The notes under the pieces are model-generated. The model saw only the letters and a program-made list of their open reading frames with translations. It did not search any database and had not been told where the DNA came from. From a candidate division FCPU426 bacterium (GTDB taxonomy: Bacteria; Oederibacteriota; PGYV01; Palsa-1178): a stretch of DNA of 64,000 nt. The stretch covers positions 960,001 through 1,024,000 of the forward strand of contig CAWIXE010000001.1 in assembly GCA_963840035.1 (NCBI GenBank). Direction: 5' to 3'. Position 1 is the first letter of the stretch. Each line of letters starts with the position of its first letter. Positions 1-9,813 of the stretch are shown here, piece by piece. The position numbers and the translations under genes are program-made.

Positions 1-1152
1 ATTATATTTCCATCCATTGAGTTAAGCGCGGGAGCCAGGGCGTCTGCCATGGGAGAGGCGTATACGGCAATTGCAGAGGGATCAAGTGGACCTATCTTTA
101 ACCCGGCGGGCCTTGGGTTCCTTCAGAAAACGGAAGTTTCCACTGCCTTTAATAAATGGTTTGTGGATTCTTTTTACCAGCACTTCATGGCTGCGGTTCC
201 GCTTGAGACCGGGGCTGTCGGTATAGATATTTTCTATATTAATTTTGGTATTTTTGAAAGGCTGACCACGCTGGGATATGCCGAATCCGGCACGCCGATG
301 AACCCGTTCACTTTTCAGGGTTTGATATCCTACGGCATGCAGTTTGGGAACAGGTTTTCAGCAGGAATCGGGCTAAAATATTTCGGGCAGTCGCTTGACC
401 AGACCATGCAGTCAGGCATAGCAGGGAACCTAGGATTATTGTACAGGGCCGGAGGGGTTTCGGCCGGGCTGGCAGTGAGTAATTTGGGATCAGCAGGAGC
501 GTACGCTCTGCCGCTGAGCATAAAAGCCGGCGGGTCATTTGAATTTATGAAGACACAGCAGCACTTTTTTATCGGCACTGTGGATGTTAATTACATTTTA
601 AACGGCATGCCCGGGATAAACGCCGGGATTGAGTACACATACGCAGGAATAGTTTCAGCGCGCGCAGGATACAGGCTTTACCTTGGGGAGGACAACCTCA
701 CCGGTTTAAAAGGACTTTCCGCAGGCGCGGGAATACAGCTCGGACAGTTCGGGCTTGATTACGCCTTTACGCCGTACGGGGAGCTTGGCATGGCACACAT
801 GGTTTCACTCAAGTATATATTTGAAAAATCAGAGGAAGAAAAGGAAAAGTTAAAACCCAGAGGCAGCGAGGCCGTAAAAAAAGGGCAGGCGACAAAGGCG
901 GACCTTTACCTTATGCTCGGAGAAGCCGGGACCATGGAAAATGAAGGCGACCTGAAGGCGGCGGAGCTTAAATACAGGGAAATCATCGGTATTGATAAAA
1001 ACTACGCTGACGCCTGGAAACGCCTCGGCGCTGTTTACTATAAGGAAGACAGGAAAGGCGACGCTATCAGGGCGTTCGAGGCATACCTGAAGATAAGGCC
1101 TGATGACGAGGCTGTCGCCAACTGGCTTAAAAAGCACGGCAACGAAAAGTAA
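1..1152 (+). CDS. PorV/PorQ (UPF0164)-like outer-membrane beta-barrel with C-terminal TPR; 5'-truncated by window edge
   Basis: Frame open from base 1 (IIFPSIELSAGARASAMGEAYTA...IFNPAGL), GLDYAFTPYGELGMAH near barrel end, TPR-like tail (AWKRLGAVYY...AIRAFEAYLKIRP). Confidence 0.8.
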   Translation: MIFPSIELSAGARASAMGEAYTAIAEGSSGPIFNPAGLGFLQKTEVSTAFNKWFVDSFYQHFMAAVPLETGAVGIDIFYINFGIFERLTTLGYAESGTPMNPFTFQGLISYGMQFGNRFSAGIGLKYFGQSLDQTMQSGIAGNLGLLYRAGGVSAGLAVSNLGSAGAYALPLSIKAGGSFEFMKTQQHFFIGTVDVNYILNGMPGINAGIEYTYAGIVSARAGYRLYLGEDNLTGLKGLSAGAGIQLGQFGLDYAFTPYGELGMAHMVSLKYIFEKSEEEKEKLKPRGSEAVKKGQATKADLYLMLGEAGTMENEGDLKAAELKYREIIGIDKNYADAWKRLGAVYYKEDRKGDAIRAFEAYLKIRPDDEAVANWLKKHGNEK

Positions 1153-1153
1153 A

Positions 1154-1416
1154 GACCTCAGAAAACACCCTCTTGAGATGTTTTTGCGAATGCAGTGAGC
1201 AAATATATCATGCGATATTCCTCTCATCTTGTCGTGCTTCGCACGACATCCCTCTTTCTGAAACAAAGAGGGACGATTACACCCCTTTTATCTAACCTTG
1301 AGACGAATATCACTTCGAATGTTTGTCCGTGTGCCCATCCGCATCCAGGCTGACACTCCTCCAGCTATCGTTCCCCTTTGTATCAGAAAGGGGAATAAGA
1401 AGGGGATTTCTGAGGC
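1154..1416. mobile_element. Non-autonomous MITE-like copy of the DUF559-flanking inverted-repeat element
   Basis: Left end GACCTCAGAAAACACCCTCTT...ATCCCTCTTTCTGAAACAAAGAGGGACGATT and right end ACTCCTCC...TTCCCCTTTGTATCAGAAAGGGGAATAAGAAGGGGATTTCTGAGGC match the repeats at 51331 and 51835. Confidence 0.7.
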
Positions 1417-1424
1417 GTTTAAGG

Positions 1425-1453
1425 TTGACATTAAAACTATTTATGTGTATATT
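1425..1453 (+). promoter_or_regulatory. sigma70 promoter of marR efflux operon
   Basis: TTGACA-17 bp-TATATT with TG in the spacer just upstream of -10. Confidence 0.75.
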
Positions 1454-1484
1454 TGTTCTGATTGGAACTGTTCCATTTGGAACA
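1454..1484. promoter_or_regulatory. Tandem palindromic MarR operator
   Basis: TGTTCTGATTGGAACT and TGTTCCATTTGGAACA directly after the -10 box. Confidence 0.65.
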
Positions 1485-1500
1485 ATCGCGGGAGGGCGTT

Positions 1501-1944
1501 ATGTCTGGGCATGTGGATGCGGTCCGTGAAATACTGGGGCTTGTGAGGCAGATTAACATAAGCATGAAACGCAGGATGATGTGCGGCGCGGCGGCCATGG
1601 GTTATTCCATGCCGCAGTTTTTGGTGATGTACCAGCTCACGCAGGACGGGAGTGTGTCCATGCACGAGCTCGTGGATAAGACCGGGCTGCCAAAATCGAC
1701 GCTTTCCAGGATAGTTGACCAGCTGGTCAGGCGCGGCGTCCTGAAACGCCACAGGCCGGAGAACAACAGAAGGACTGTCATGCTTTCTGTGACAGACGCG
1801 TACACTAAGAAAAAAGCCAGGTTAAAAAAATCAGTTGCTGACAAGATCGCGCTGGGAATGCCCGGAGGCAAAGCAGCGGGCATAAATAGAGCGCTTAAGG
1901 AACTGTATGATATATTAAAATTTGAAGAAGAGAAAGAGGTGTAA
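1501..1944 (+). CDS. MarR family transcriptional regulator
   Basis: wHTH: SMPQFLVM...ELVDKTGLPKSTLSRIVDQLVRRGVLKR...NRR; ATG 1501 after GGGAGG. Confidence 0.9.
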   Translation: MSGHVDAVREILGLVRQINISMKRRMMCGAAAMGYSMPQFLVMYQLTQDGSVSMHELVDKTGLPKSTLSRIVDQLVRRGVLKRHRPENNRRTVMLSVTDAYTKKKARLKKSVADKIALGMPGGKAAGINRALKELYDILKFEEEKEV

Positions 1945-1945
1945 C

Positions 1946-2817
1946 ATGCCGGACAAAAAAGCACATCAATACGCGCCAGCAGCCGGGGCGCGGGAGACTG
2001 AGAAAAAAGGTCCATGGTGGAAGAATAAAAGGGCGCAGATAGCATTTAAGCTTTTAGGAGGGCTTTTTGCCGCCGGTTTCATAATGTGGTTTTTTCTTTA
2101 TATGCCTTTTACCGCCACGGATGACGCCAGAGTGGACGCGCACACCATAAGGGCGGCAAACCTGGGCGCAAGCGGACAGATTATCAAAGTCTATGTAAAG
2201 GAAGGCGACAGGGTCACCGCGGGACAGGTACTTGCGGAACTCGACCATGCTACCGCCCAGGCGCAGCTTGAAAAAGCCGCAGCTATGGCGAACTTTACAG
2301 CGCTTGACGCGAAAAGGTCGAAGGCGATGGTTTCCCAGCAGGGCATGAGCCAGCAGCGCTTGACCGCGCCCAGCAGACGGCCAATGCCTCTCAGGCTGAT
2401 TTAAAACTGGCGCAGATAGCTCTTGACCGCACATACATTAAGAGCCCGGTTGACGGGATTGTTATACAGAAAACAGCCGACGAAGGAAACATCCTTGAGG
2501 GCAACCAGTCGGCATTTATAGTGGCGGATACGGAACACGCCTGGGTATCGGCAAACATACTTGAAAAAGCCGTAAGCGACGTAAAGATAGGACAAAAAGT
2601 GTTCATAACCGTCGATGAGGGCGGTAAGCTCACGGGAAAAGTAATGGATGTCAGGAGAGCATCGACATCGGTTTTTTCACTTATACCTTCGGACAACGCG
2701 GCAGGCAATTTCACAAAAGTGGAGCAGCGCATTCCGGTAAAGATAGAACTTGACCCGCACCCGGGAGTTGACTTAAGGGTGGGCCAGTCGGTGGAGATTA
2801 AAATAAAGATCAGATAA
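1946..2817 (+). CDS. HlyD/EmrA family efflux adaptor, split by a 1-nt frameshift near 2357
   Basis: N-half TDDARVDAH...VYVKEGDRVTAGQVL; C-half in another frame LDRTYIKSPVDGIV...NAAGNFTKVEQRIPVKI...LRVGQSV. Confidence 0.85.
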
Positions 2818-2821
2818 AAAC

Positions 2822-2880
2822 AGTTTGAAGTTTTAAGTTTTAAGATTAAAAAACCATCTAAAAACTTTAAACTTAAAACT
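2822..2880. repeat. Inverted heptamer array (AGTTTTA-type, then TAAAACT-type)
   Basis: agtttgaagttttaagttttaagat...atctaaaaactttaaacttaaaact. Confidence 0.7.
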
Positions 2881-2910
2881 GATTTTATCTGTATTTGATG
2901 AAAGGTCCAT

Positions 2911-4485
2911 ATGGAAAAGAACATGTACGAACAGGTGCCGCCGGGATATAAATGGTCGGTTATGTATATAATTATGATGGGCATGATGATGGCTACCATT
3001 GACTCGTCCATTGTAAATGTATCCCTGCCAAAGATTATGGCTGATTTCGGCGTAAACATAGACGATATTGAATGGGTCCTGACCGGATACATGCTTGCTT
3101 TTGCCGTGTCCATGCCTTTAACCGGATGGCTGCGCGAGAGGATAGGATATAAGAATATTTACATCGGGTCCCTCGTGCTTTTTACGGCCGGGTCAGTATT
3201 ATGCGGCCTGGCATGGAATTTTCCGTCATTAATTATCGCCAGGATTTTGCAGGCAATCGGAGGAGGGGCCATGCAGCCAACGGGCATGGCGCTTATGACA
3301 GAGGTCTTCCCGCCTAAAGAGCGCGGCAAGGCCATGGGCCTTTTTGGCGTGGGTATTATTTTAGGCCCGGCAATCGGCCCTACCCTTGGCGGGTATTTGA
3401 CTGATTATTTTGGATGGCGGTCCATATTCCTCGTTAACCTCCCGTTTGGCATAGTTACCATACTCATGGCAATTGAAATCATGCTGGTCGACGCCCCGCA
3501 CAAGCTTGTGAAGAAACCTTTTGATTTTTGGGGGTTCGCGTTTTTAACAGCATGTCTTATAGGGATTCTGCTTGGCATGTCAAAAGGGCAGAAAGAAGGC
3601 TGGGGCTCTGTTTTCATAGTTTCATGTTTTATTATTTCATTTATCGGGTTTGTCGGTTTCCTGCTTGTGGAAACCCACACGGAAAACCCGATTGTGGACC
3701 TAAGTCTCTTTAAAATCCCGACTTTTGCCACAGCCTCGGTTATAACCGTGGCAAGGTCCATAGGGCTTTTTGGATCCATATTCCTTATACCGCTTTTTGT
3801 CCAGCAGCAGATGGGGTTTACCGCGCTTCAAAGCGGGCTGCTTATGCTTCCGCCGTCGCTTTTCATGGCAGTGGTGTTCCCGCTTTTTGGCCGCATGGCT
3901 GACAAAGTCGGGCCGAGAATCCCTTCGGTTATTGGTATAATTATAACCGCGTACAGCCTGTATTTATATAAGGACATAAACCTTAACATGACATCCTGGG
4001 CAATTATATACCCCATGATGGTAAGGTCAATTGGAATGGGGCTTTTGATGGCGCCAATTACAACGGCGGTAATGAACTCAGTCCCCCAGCATAAAGTGGC
4101 GGCCGCTTCCTCGTTAAATAACATATTAATGCAGGTCGGCGCGTCTATTGGAATTGCAGTTTTCGCGACCATGCTTTCAAACAGGGCCACTTACCATGTG
4201 GCCATAGTTGGCCAGGCAGCGAAAGCCACAAACCCGGTTTTTACGGCAACCGTGGCGGAACTTATAAGGAAGGGACATTCAGTGGGCTTAAGCCTGGCCC
4301 AGTCCGCAGGCACGGCAAAGGCTTATCTGATGCAGGTCATGACAAAATCAGCCCTGGTAAACGCCTTTCAGGATGTCTTCATACTTGGCGCGATAATAGT
4401 CGCGCTGACCATTCCGCTGGCTTTCATGCTGCCGGCACAGGTGGTCCACCAGCCGCACAAAGGCCCTACGTTGCCGGGAGAGTAA
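2911..4485 (+). CDS. DHA2 family (EmrB/QacA) MFS drug efflux permease
   Basis: IDSSIVNVSLP, WVLTGYML, ARILQAIGGG, GPAIGPTLGGYLTD, WRSIFLVNLP; about 14 TM. Confidence 0.93.
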   Translation: MEKNMYEQVPPGYKWSVMYIIMMGMMMATIDSSIVNVSLPKIMADFGVNIDDIEWVLTGYMLAFAVSMPLTGWLRERIGYKNIYIGSLVLFTAGSVLCGLAWNFPSLIIARILQAIGGGAMQPTGMALMTEVFPPKERGKAMGLFGVGIILGPAIGPTLGGYLTDYFGWRSIFLVNLPFGIVTILMAIEIMLVDAPHKLVKKPFDFWGFAFLTACLIGILLGMSKGQKEGWGSVFIVSCFIISFIGFVGFLLVETHTENPIVDLSLFKIPTFATASVITVARSIGLFGSIFLIPLFVQQQMGFTALQSGLLMLPPSLFMAVVFPLFGRMADKVGPRIPSVIGIIITAYSLYLYKDINLNMTSWAIIYPMMVRSIGMGLLMAPITTAVMNSVPQHKVAAASSLNNILMQVGASIGIAVFATMLSNRATYHVAIVGQAAKATNPVFTATVAELIRKGHSVGLSLAQSAGTAKAYLMQVMTKSALVNAFQDVFILGAIIVALTIPLAFMLPAQVVHQPHKGPTLPGE

Positions 4486-4512
4486 AATATTTGTATTTGT
4501 CAACAGTATGTA

Positions 4513-4669
4513 CCTCAGAAATCCCATTCTTATTCCCCTTTCTGAAACAAAGGGGAATAATCACTTCACTTGTATTCAGCCGTGAGGCGGATATCACTTC
4601 AAAGTTTATTCGTTTGCCCATATGTCTGCTTTTGGCCGCAAATGTATCCTAAGTAGAGAATTTCTGAGG
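4513..4669. mobile_element. Second MITE-like copy of the DUF559 repeat element (degenerate right end)
   Basis: CCTCAGAAATCCCATTCTTATTCCCCTTTCTGAAACAAAGGGGA...TGAGGCGGATATCACTTC...GAATTTCTGAGG. Confidence 0.65.
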
Positions 4670-4698
4670 ACCCAATAGCGCAAACCTGATGGTTTATA

Positions 4699-4727
4699 TT
4701 GACAACCCCATTTATTAGTAATAAAAT
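4699..4727 (+). promoter_or_regulatory. sigma70 promoter
   Basis: TTGACA-17-TAAAAT. Confidence 0.7.
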
Positions 4728-4763
4728 TGCTTCTGCACCATTATGCATATCACGGAGGCGATT

Positions 4764-5438
4764 ATGAAGGTAAAAGAACTCAAGGAAATAACGGAGAATG
4801 TACACGAAGAACATTCGAAACAGGACAAATACGAAATCGTTACAGGGCTTTTAATGGCGCTTTTCGCGGCCATACTGGGCATAACCGAGATAGGTGATAA
4901 GAAGGCCGAGGCAAAATACATAGTCTCCAATAATGAGAAGTCAAACGCCTACCAGTGGTACCAGTCAAAATCAATAAAGCAGAATATCGCTGACGGGCAG
5001 AAAGACATGCTTCAGGCAATACTGGATTCTGGGGCGGTTAAAGCTGACAGACAGCAGGCGGTCAAACAGGTAATAGCGGGACTTGCGGAAAAGTCCTCAA
5101 AGTATGAGGAGGAAAAGGCAGAAATCCTCGGGGTAAAACAGGCTGAAAAAACAGTCCCGGAACACGCCGCGTCTGCTGAAAAGAAAGATGAAAAAGAGAA
5201 GATCATAAGCGCCGCAGAGTGGGAAGAAAAAGCGCATAAATACCATGTCATGGGCAATGATTTCGCCATGGCCGCGCTGTTCCTCCAGTTGTGCCTTGTA
5301 ATCGGCGCGGTGAGCCTGATGATACATGAAAAAATGATAAGGACCGTACTGCTTTCCATATTCATAGCATCCGGAACAGCAGGAATAATATATTCCATTA
5401 TCGCGTACATTAAATTTTTTGCCATGCTGCACGCGTAA
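4764..5438 (+). CDS. DUF4337-like membrane protein
   Basis: N-terminal TM, SNAYQWYQSKSIKQ motif, C-terminal TMs with FLQLCLVIGAVS; ATG after GGAGG. Confidence 0.7.
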   Translation: MKVKELKEITENVHEEHSKQDKYEIVTGLLMALFAAILGITEIGDKKAEAKYIVSNNEKSNAYQWYQSKSIKQNIADGQKDMLQAILDSGAVKADRQQAVKQVIAGLAEKSSKYEEEKAEILGVKQAEKTVPEHAASAEKKDEKEKIISAAEWEEKAHKYHVMGNDFAMAALFLQLCLVIGAVSLMIHEKMIRTVLLSIFIASGTAGIIYSIIAYIKFFAMLHA

Positions 5439-5450
5439 AAAGGGGGATTC

Positions 5451-7292
5451 ATGAACGCTGTTGTCATTCTGATTATCGCGCTGTGCGTGTTTACGCTCGC
5501 ATACAGGTTTTATGGCGCTTTTTTATCCGCTAAAGTGCTCGCGCTTGACCCGAAACGGGTCACCCCGTCGCACAGGTTAACTGATGGGCACGATTATGTG
5601 CCCACAAACAAATGGGTGCTTTTTGGGCATCATTTCGCGGCTATTGCCGGAGCAGGGCCGCTTATAGGGCCGGTGCTTGCCGCGCAGTTCGGATATTTGC
5701 CGGGGCTTATGTGGATTTTAATCGGATCTGTTTTAGCGGGCGCTGTACATGATTATGTCATATTATTTGCCTCTGTCCGCCATAACGGCGAGCCGCTTCA
5801 TAAAATAGCCGGCGCCTATGTCGGAAAAATAACAGGCGGCGCTTCGGCAGTCGGGGTGCTCTTCATTATTATTACAGCGCTTGCCGGCTTATCTATAGCC
5901 GTTGTAAACGCCCTGGCGGAAAGCGCGTGGGGGACATTTACCATAGCGCTGACCATACCGGCAGCCATGTTTGTCGGGTTATACATGACTAAATTCAGGA
6001 AAGACAAAATAATTGAAGCGTCTTTAATTGGCGTTGCTTTGCTGTTATTCGGCGTCTTTTTCGGGCACTATGTTCAGAACTCATCATTGGCGCAATATTT
6101 TACCTACGGAAGGAAAGACCTTGCGGTCATACTCGCCGTATATGGATTTTTTGCTTCGGTGCTTCCTGTTTGGCTGCTGCTGGTGCCCAGGGATTACTTA
6201 AGTTCATACCTTAAGATAGGCACTATCGCGCTGCTTGGCGTGGGTATACTGCTTGTCATGCCGAAGATACAGATGCCGGCCATTACGCAGTATGTAAACG
6301 GCGGCGGCCCCATAATACCGGGAAAAGTCTGGCCTTACGTATGCATTACAATCGCGTGCGGAGCCATTTCGGGGTTCCATTCGCTCATATCCTCAGGCAC
6401 TACACCCAAGATGCTCAATAATGAAAGGGACATGCTGCCCATCGGGTACGGCGCCATGCTTGTGGAAAGTTTTGTTTCCATAATGGCGTTGATTGCCGCT
6501 ACGTCGCTTGTACCGGCTGATTACTTCGCGATAAACTGCAAGCCTGAAGTATTCGCGACGCTCGGCATGGTGCCCGAGCGCTTAAGCGAGCTTTCAATGA
6601 TGGTCCAGGAAAATGTCGCGGGAAGGCCGGGCGGAGCAGTGTCGCTGGCAGTGGGTATGGCCTATATATTTTCCGGCATACCCGGCATGAAAGGCCTCAT
6701 GGGTTTCTGGTACCACTTTATAATTATGTTCGAGGCTCTCTTTATATTAACTACAATTGACGCGGGTACAAGGGTGGCGCGCTACATACTGCAGGACATA
6801 ACAGGAAAAGCAATAAAACCCTTTGCAAACAGAAAATGGGTGCCCGGAGTTATAATTACAAGCGCCGTGATTGTTTTCGCGTGGGGTTACCTTGTTTATA
6901 ACGGCGACATATCCACGATATGGCCCATGTTCGGCGTGGCAAACCAGCTGCTGGCCACCGCGGCTTTAGCCATAGGCACGTCCATAATAATGAAAAACAA
7001 CAAGCATAAGGCCTACGGCCTTGTGACTTTTATCCCCATGCTTTTCATGCTGGCCACAACCCTTTCAGCCGGATTGCAGAACATATTCGGCAACTACCTG
7101 CCGCAGAAGACCTTTAACGGAAATTTAAACGCGTTCCTCTCCTCCGCAATGCTTTTGCTGGTGCTCATAATTGTGGCCGACTGTTTTGTTAAGTGGACGC
7201 AGTATATAAGGAAGTACGGATGGGTACATGTGCCGGAAAAGGTTATTATAAAGGGCACGCATGAAGAGACTATGCCGGACTTGGGGGATTAG
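5451..7292 (+). CDS. cstA: Carbon starvation protein A (peptide/pyruvate transporter)
   Basis: DGHDYVPTNKWVLFGHHFAAIAGAGPLIGP, PRDYLS, ITIACGAISGFH, FILTTIDAGTRVARY. Confidence 0.95.
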   Translation: MNAVVILIIALCVFTLAYRFYGAFLSAKVLALDPKRVTPSHRLTDGHDYVPTNKWVLFGHHFAAIAGAGPLIGPVLAAQFGYLPGLMWILIGSVLAGAVHDYVILFASVRHNGEPLHKIAGAYVGKITGGASAVGVLFIIITALAGLSIAVVNALAESAWGTFTIALTIPAAMFVGLYMTKFRKDKIIEASLIGVALLLFGVFFGHYVQNSSLAQYFTYGRKDLAVILAVYGFFASVLPVWLLLVPRDYLSSYLKIGTIALLGVGILLVMPKIQMPAITQYVNGGGPIIPGKVWPYVCITIACGAISGFHSLISSGTTPKMLNNERDMLPIGYGAMLVESFVSIMALIAATSLVPADYFAINCKPEVFATLGMVPERLSELSMMVQENVAGRPGGAVSLAVGMAYIFSGIPGMKGLMGFWYHFIIMFEALFILTTIDAGTRVARYILQDITGKAIKPFANRKWVPGVIITSAVIVFAWGYLVYNGDISTIWPMFGVANQLLATAALAIGTSIIMKNNKHKAYGLVTFIPMLFMLATTLSAGLQNIFGNYLPQKTFNGNLNAFLSSAMLLLVLIIVADCFVKWTQYIRKYGWVHVPEKVIIKGTHEETMPDLGD

Positions 7293-7342
7293 AAAGGCAG
7301 TTTAAAATTTAAAGTTTAAATTTGAAAGTGAATGCGGGTTGT

Positions 7343-7430
<88 letters not shown>

Positions 7431-7484
7431 ACGGCACATCAATATAATACTTTTTATTAAATAATAGTCAATATAAAAACAATG

Positions 7485-7958
7485 CTATTTCTTTTTCACA
7501 TCCCTTTTTGCCTTAAAAAAACCGCTTAGTATTTTGGAACATTCGGCGGCAGATACCCCTTTAATGAGTTCCAATTCATGGTTGTTCAGGCCGTTATTAA
7601 GTATGGAATAGACAGAACCGCATGCGCCGGTTTTCGGGTCTGTAGCGCCAAATATCAGCGTTTTAATTCGGGCAAGAAGGATTGCGCCGGCACACATTGA
7701 GCACGGCTCAAGGGTCACATAAAGAGAGGCGCCTATAAGCCTTTCATTTTTTATTTTTTTGCAGGCTTTCCTTATCGCCACGATTTCAGCATGTGCGGTA
7801 GGATCGTTTTTTGCGCGTATAAGGTTGTGTCCTTCAGCTATGACTTTGTTGTTTAATACAATTACGGCTCCGACAGGAACTTCATCTTTTTTTTGTGCTT
7901 TATGGGCTTCTTTTAAAGCCAGGGACATAAAATAGTTATGCGAGGATTCCGTTGTCAT
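7485..7958 (-). CDS. tadA: tRNA adenosine(34) deaminase
   Basis: EVPVGAV, DPTAHAE, TLEPCSMCAGA, FGATDPKTGACGS. Confidence 0.95.
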   Translation of the reverse strand: MTTESSHNYFMSLALKEAHKAQKKDEVPVGAVIVLNNKVIAEGHNLIRAKNDPTAHAEIVAIRKACKKIKNERLIGASLYVTLEPCSMCAGAILLARIKTLIFGATDPKTGACGSVYSILNNGLNNHELELIKGVSAAECSKILSGFFKAKRDVKKK

Positions 7959-7970
7959 TTTTAACCCGAT

Positions 7971-8480
7971 TCAGATAAAACGTTCAAAGCGGTCTTTTTT
8001 TGCTTTGCATATCGGGCAGATTTCAGGCGGGTTTTCCCTGGCGCATAAATAGCCGCATACTTTGCAGCGCCATACCGGCAATGACAGGGAAGTAAACGCG
8101 GCAACGGCTTTTTTCTGCAGTTTTTCCCTTTCTTCGGCTGATGGCCTGCGCTCCGGTATTGAATGCGCTTTAATCTCACCGCTTACCACCCTGTTAGACA
8201 CATACAGCGCACAGTAGCACGCGTCGTGCTCCAGAACATCCGCGTCGCGGTAGTCGCACGGGCATATTATGTCGAGGTCCTTTTGTTTATCGCCGGTTGA
8301 AAGGCGGCACGGGCAGTTCATGTAACCGTAGCGTTTTTCGTTTATAAGCAGGCTTTCCACGAGCCCTTTTGTGAACTCAACGTCAGGGTTAAGGTTATAC
8401 CCGCCTGACCTGGCCTCTTTGTCCAGCTTCTCATAAAGCACGTCTGTGTCGGCCTGAGGGATAATTATCCGTTCTTTCAT
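7971..8480 (-). CDS. Ferredoxin:thioredoxin/glutaredoxin reductase catalytic domain fused to C-terminal rubredoxin-like domain
   Basis: CPCR, ICPCDY, CYC Fe-S motifs; WRCKVCGY...CPIC. Confidence 0.88.
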   Translation of the reverse strand: MKERIIIPQADTDVLYEKLDKEARSGGYNLNPDVEFTKGLVESLLINEKRYGYMNCPCRLSTGDKQKDLDIICPCDYRDADVLEHDACYCALYVSNRVVSGEIKAHSIPERRPSAEEREKLQKKAVAAFTSLSLPVWRCKVCGYLCARENPPEICPICKAKKDRFERFI

Positions 8481-8752
8481 TTTCCGAACTTCTTTTTAAG
8501 CCTGTCTTCGTCAAAGCCGCTGGTAAAGAATTTATCATCGACTATGATAAGCGGGAAGGAAGGGTCTGAAACGTACTTTTCCATTTCTTCAGATATCCTT
8601 TTTTCATCGTCGCCTTCAAGCAGGTCCACGTCCTCATAGGAGTGTTCTATGCCGAGTTCCTTAAGAAGCGCCTTGGTCTTTTTGCACCATATGCAGGTGC
8701 TTAATGTATAAAGCATTACTTTTCCCTTGTTTGTGCCCTTTACATGTGTCAT
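8477..8752 (-). CDS. Glutaredoxin/NrdH-like protein
   Basis: [20 protein letters not shown]. Confidence 0.88.
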   Translation of the reverse strand: MTHVKGTNKGKVMLYTLSTCIWCKKTKALLKELGIEHSYEDVDLLEGDDEKRISEEMEKYVSDPSFPLIIVDDKFFTSGFDEDRLKKKFGK

Positions 8753-8815
8753 AAATACCTCCTTAGTATGGTTATATTATAGCTGAAAAAGCGGCTATAA
8801 GGTAATATTTTTTTC

Positions 8816-8844
8816 TTGCTTTTACCCCTTTATTTAGTTAAAAT
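8816..8844 (+). promoter_or_regulatory. sigma70 promoter for tRNA-Ala
   Basis: TTGCTT-17-TAAAAT. Confidence 0.6.
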
Positions 8845-8908
8845 TCTAACGCGGTTCAGCCTTTGCATTTAATTCAAAATTTAGAATCCAGAATATAGAA
8901 TTGATTTT

Positions 8909-8984
8909 GGGGCAATAGCTCAGTTGGGAGAGCGCGTCGTTCGCAACGACGAGGCCGTCGGTTCGATCCCGATTTGCTCCACCA
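8909..8984 (+). tRNA. tRNA-Ala(CGC)
   Basis: GGGGCAATAGCTCAGTTGGGAGAGC, anticodon arm CGTCG-TTCGCAA-CGACG, GGTTCGATCCC, ACCA. Confidence 0.95.
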
Positions 8985-9149
8985 AAAATGACAATAGCGG
9001 CGATTTCGCCGCTATTGTCATTTTTGGTGGAGCTCTGAGGGTCGACCGGATAACCCCAAATATGTACAAAGACAACCCACGGTTCGAAGATGCCCTTGTC
9101 CGATGCAAATCGGACATATATTAAATATAGATTCATCTACCTATCATCT

Positions 9150-9367
9150 TGCCGGCTACTGCCGGCCTCCCGATTTGCTCCACTAGGTGGTATAACCGTT
9201 ATTGTCATTTTTGGTGGAGCTCTGAGGGTGCCAGCTACTGCTGGCCTCCCGATTTGCTCCACTAGGTGGTATAACCGTTATTGTCATTTTTGGTGGAGCT
9301 CTGAGGGTGCCGGCTACTGCCGGCATCCCGATTTGCTCCACTAGGCGGTTTAACCGACATCGTCATT
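9150..9367 (+). repeat. 79-bp tandem repeat (about 2.8 copies) containing the tRNA-Ala 3' end
   Basis: Units start at 9150, 9229, 9308; each carries CCCGATTTGCTCCAC. Confidence 0.9.
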
Positions 9368-9423
9368 AAGGGTCAACCGAATACCCCAAATTAATCCTCC
9401 CTACCAAAAAAGTCTTTTGCAAG

Positions 9424-9505
9424 TTGTGGCCACCGCAGGCCGATTTTATTTATGGATTGCGCAGTAGCGCAGGCCATAAATAAAATCGGCCTGCGGCAGC
9501 CACAA
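9424..9505. repeat. Hairpin element, copy 1 (invariant tip ATGGATTGCGCAGTAGCGCAGGCCAT)
   Basis: Long inverted arms around core at 9452-9477. Confidence 0.85.
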
Positions 9506-9813
9506 GCCGGGTATTGGCGAAAGTCAATGCATGACTAAAAACCGCCACATTTGCATAATAATCATCGTATCAATTTCAAATCTAAAATCAGTCAATTTGT
9601 CTATACATACACAAAAATAATGCAGATTTTAAGATGATTCTATTTTAATCCTTTAAAATAAAGCGCTTTTTAACAATCCAAATTGTCAGTTTTTTTGTCA
9701 ATTATTTGACTTTTACCCTTTTATTGTGTATATCTACTGTATAACGAAATTGAACCGGTTTTAAGGCTTAAATAAAGGCTTTCTAAAATATACGGTCTAA
9801 AAAGAGGTGCCTC

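Noticed and set aside
8846..9344. Short ORFs over tRNA-Ala and its repeats
   Set aside because: Shadow ORFs of RNA gene and repeats; no RBS or protein motifs
9150..9367. Possible CRISPR array
   Set aside because: Whole 79-bp unit is repeated and derives from the tRNA end
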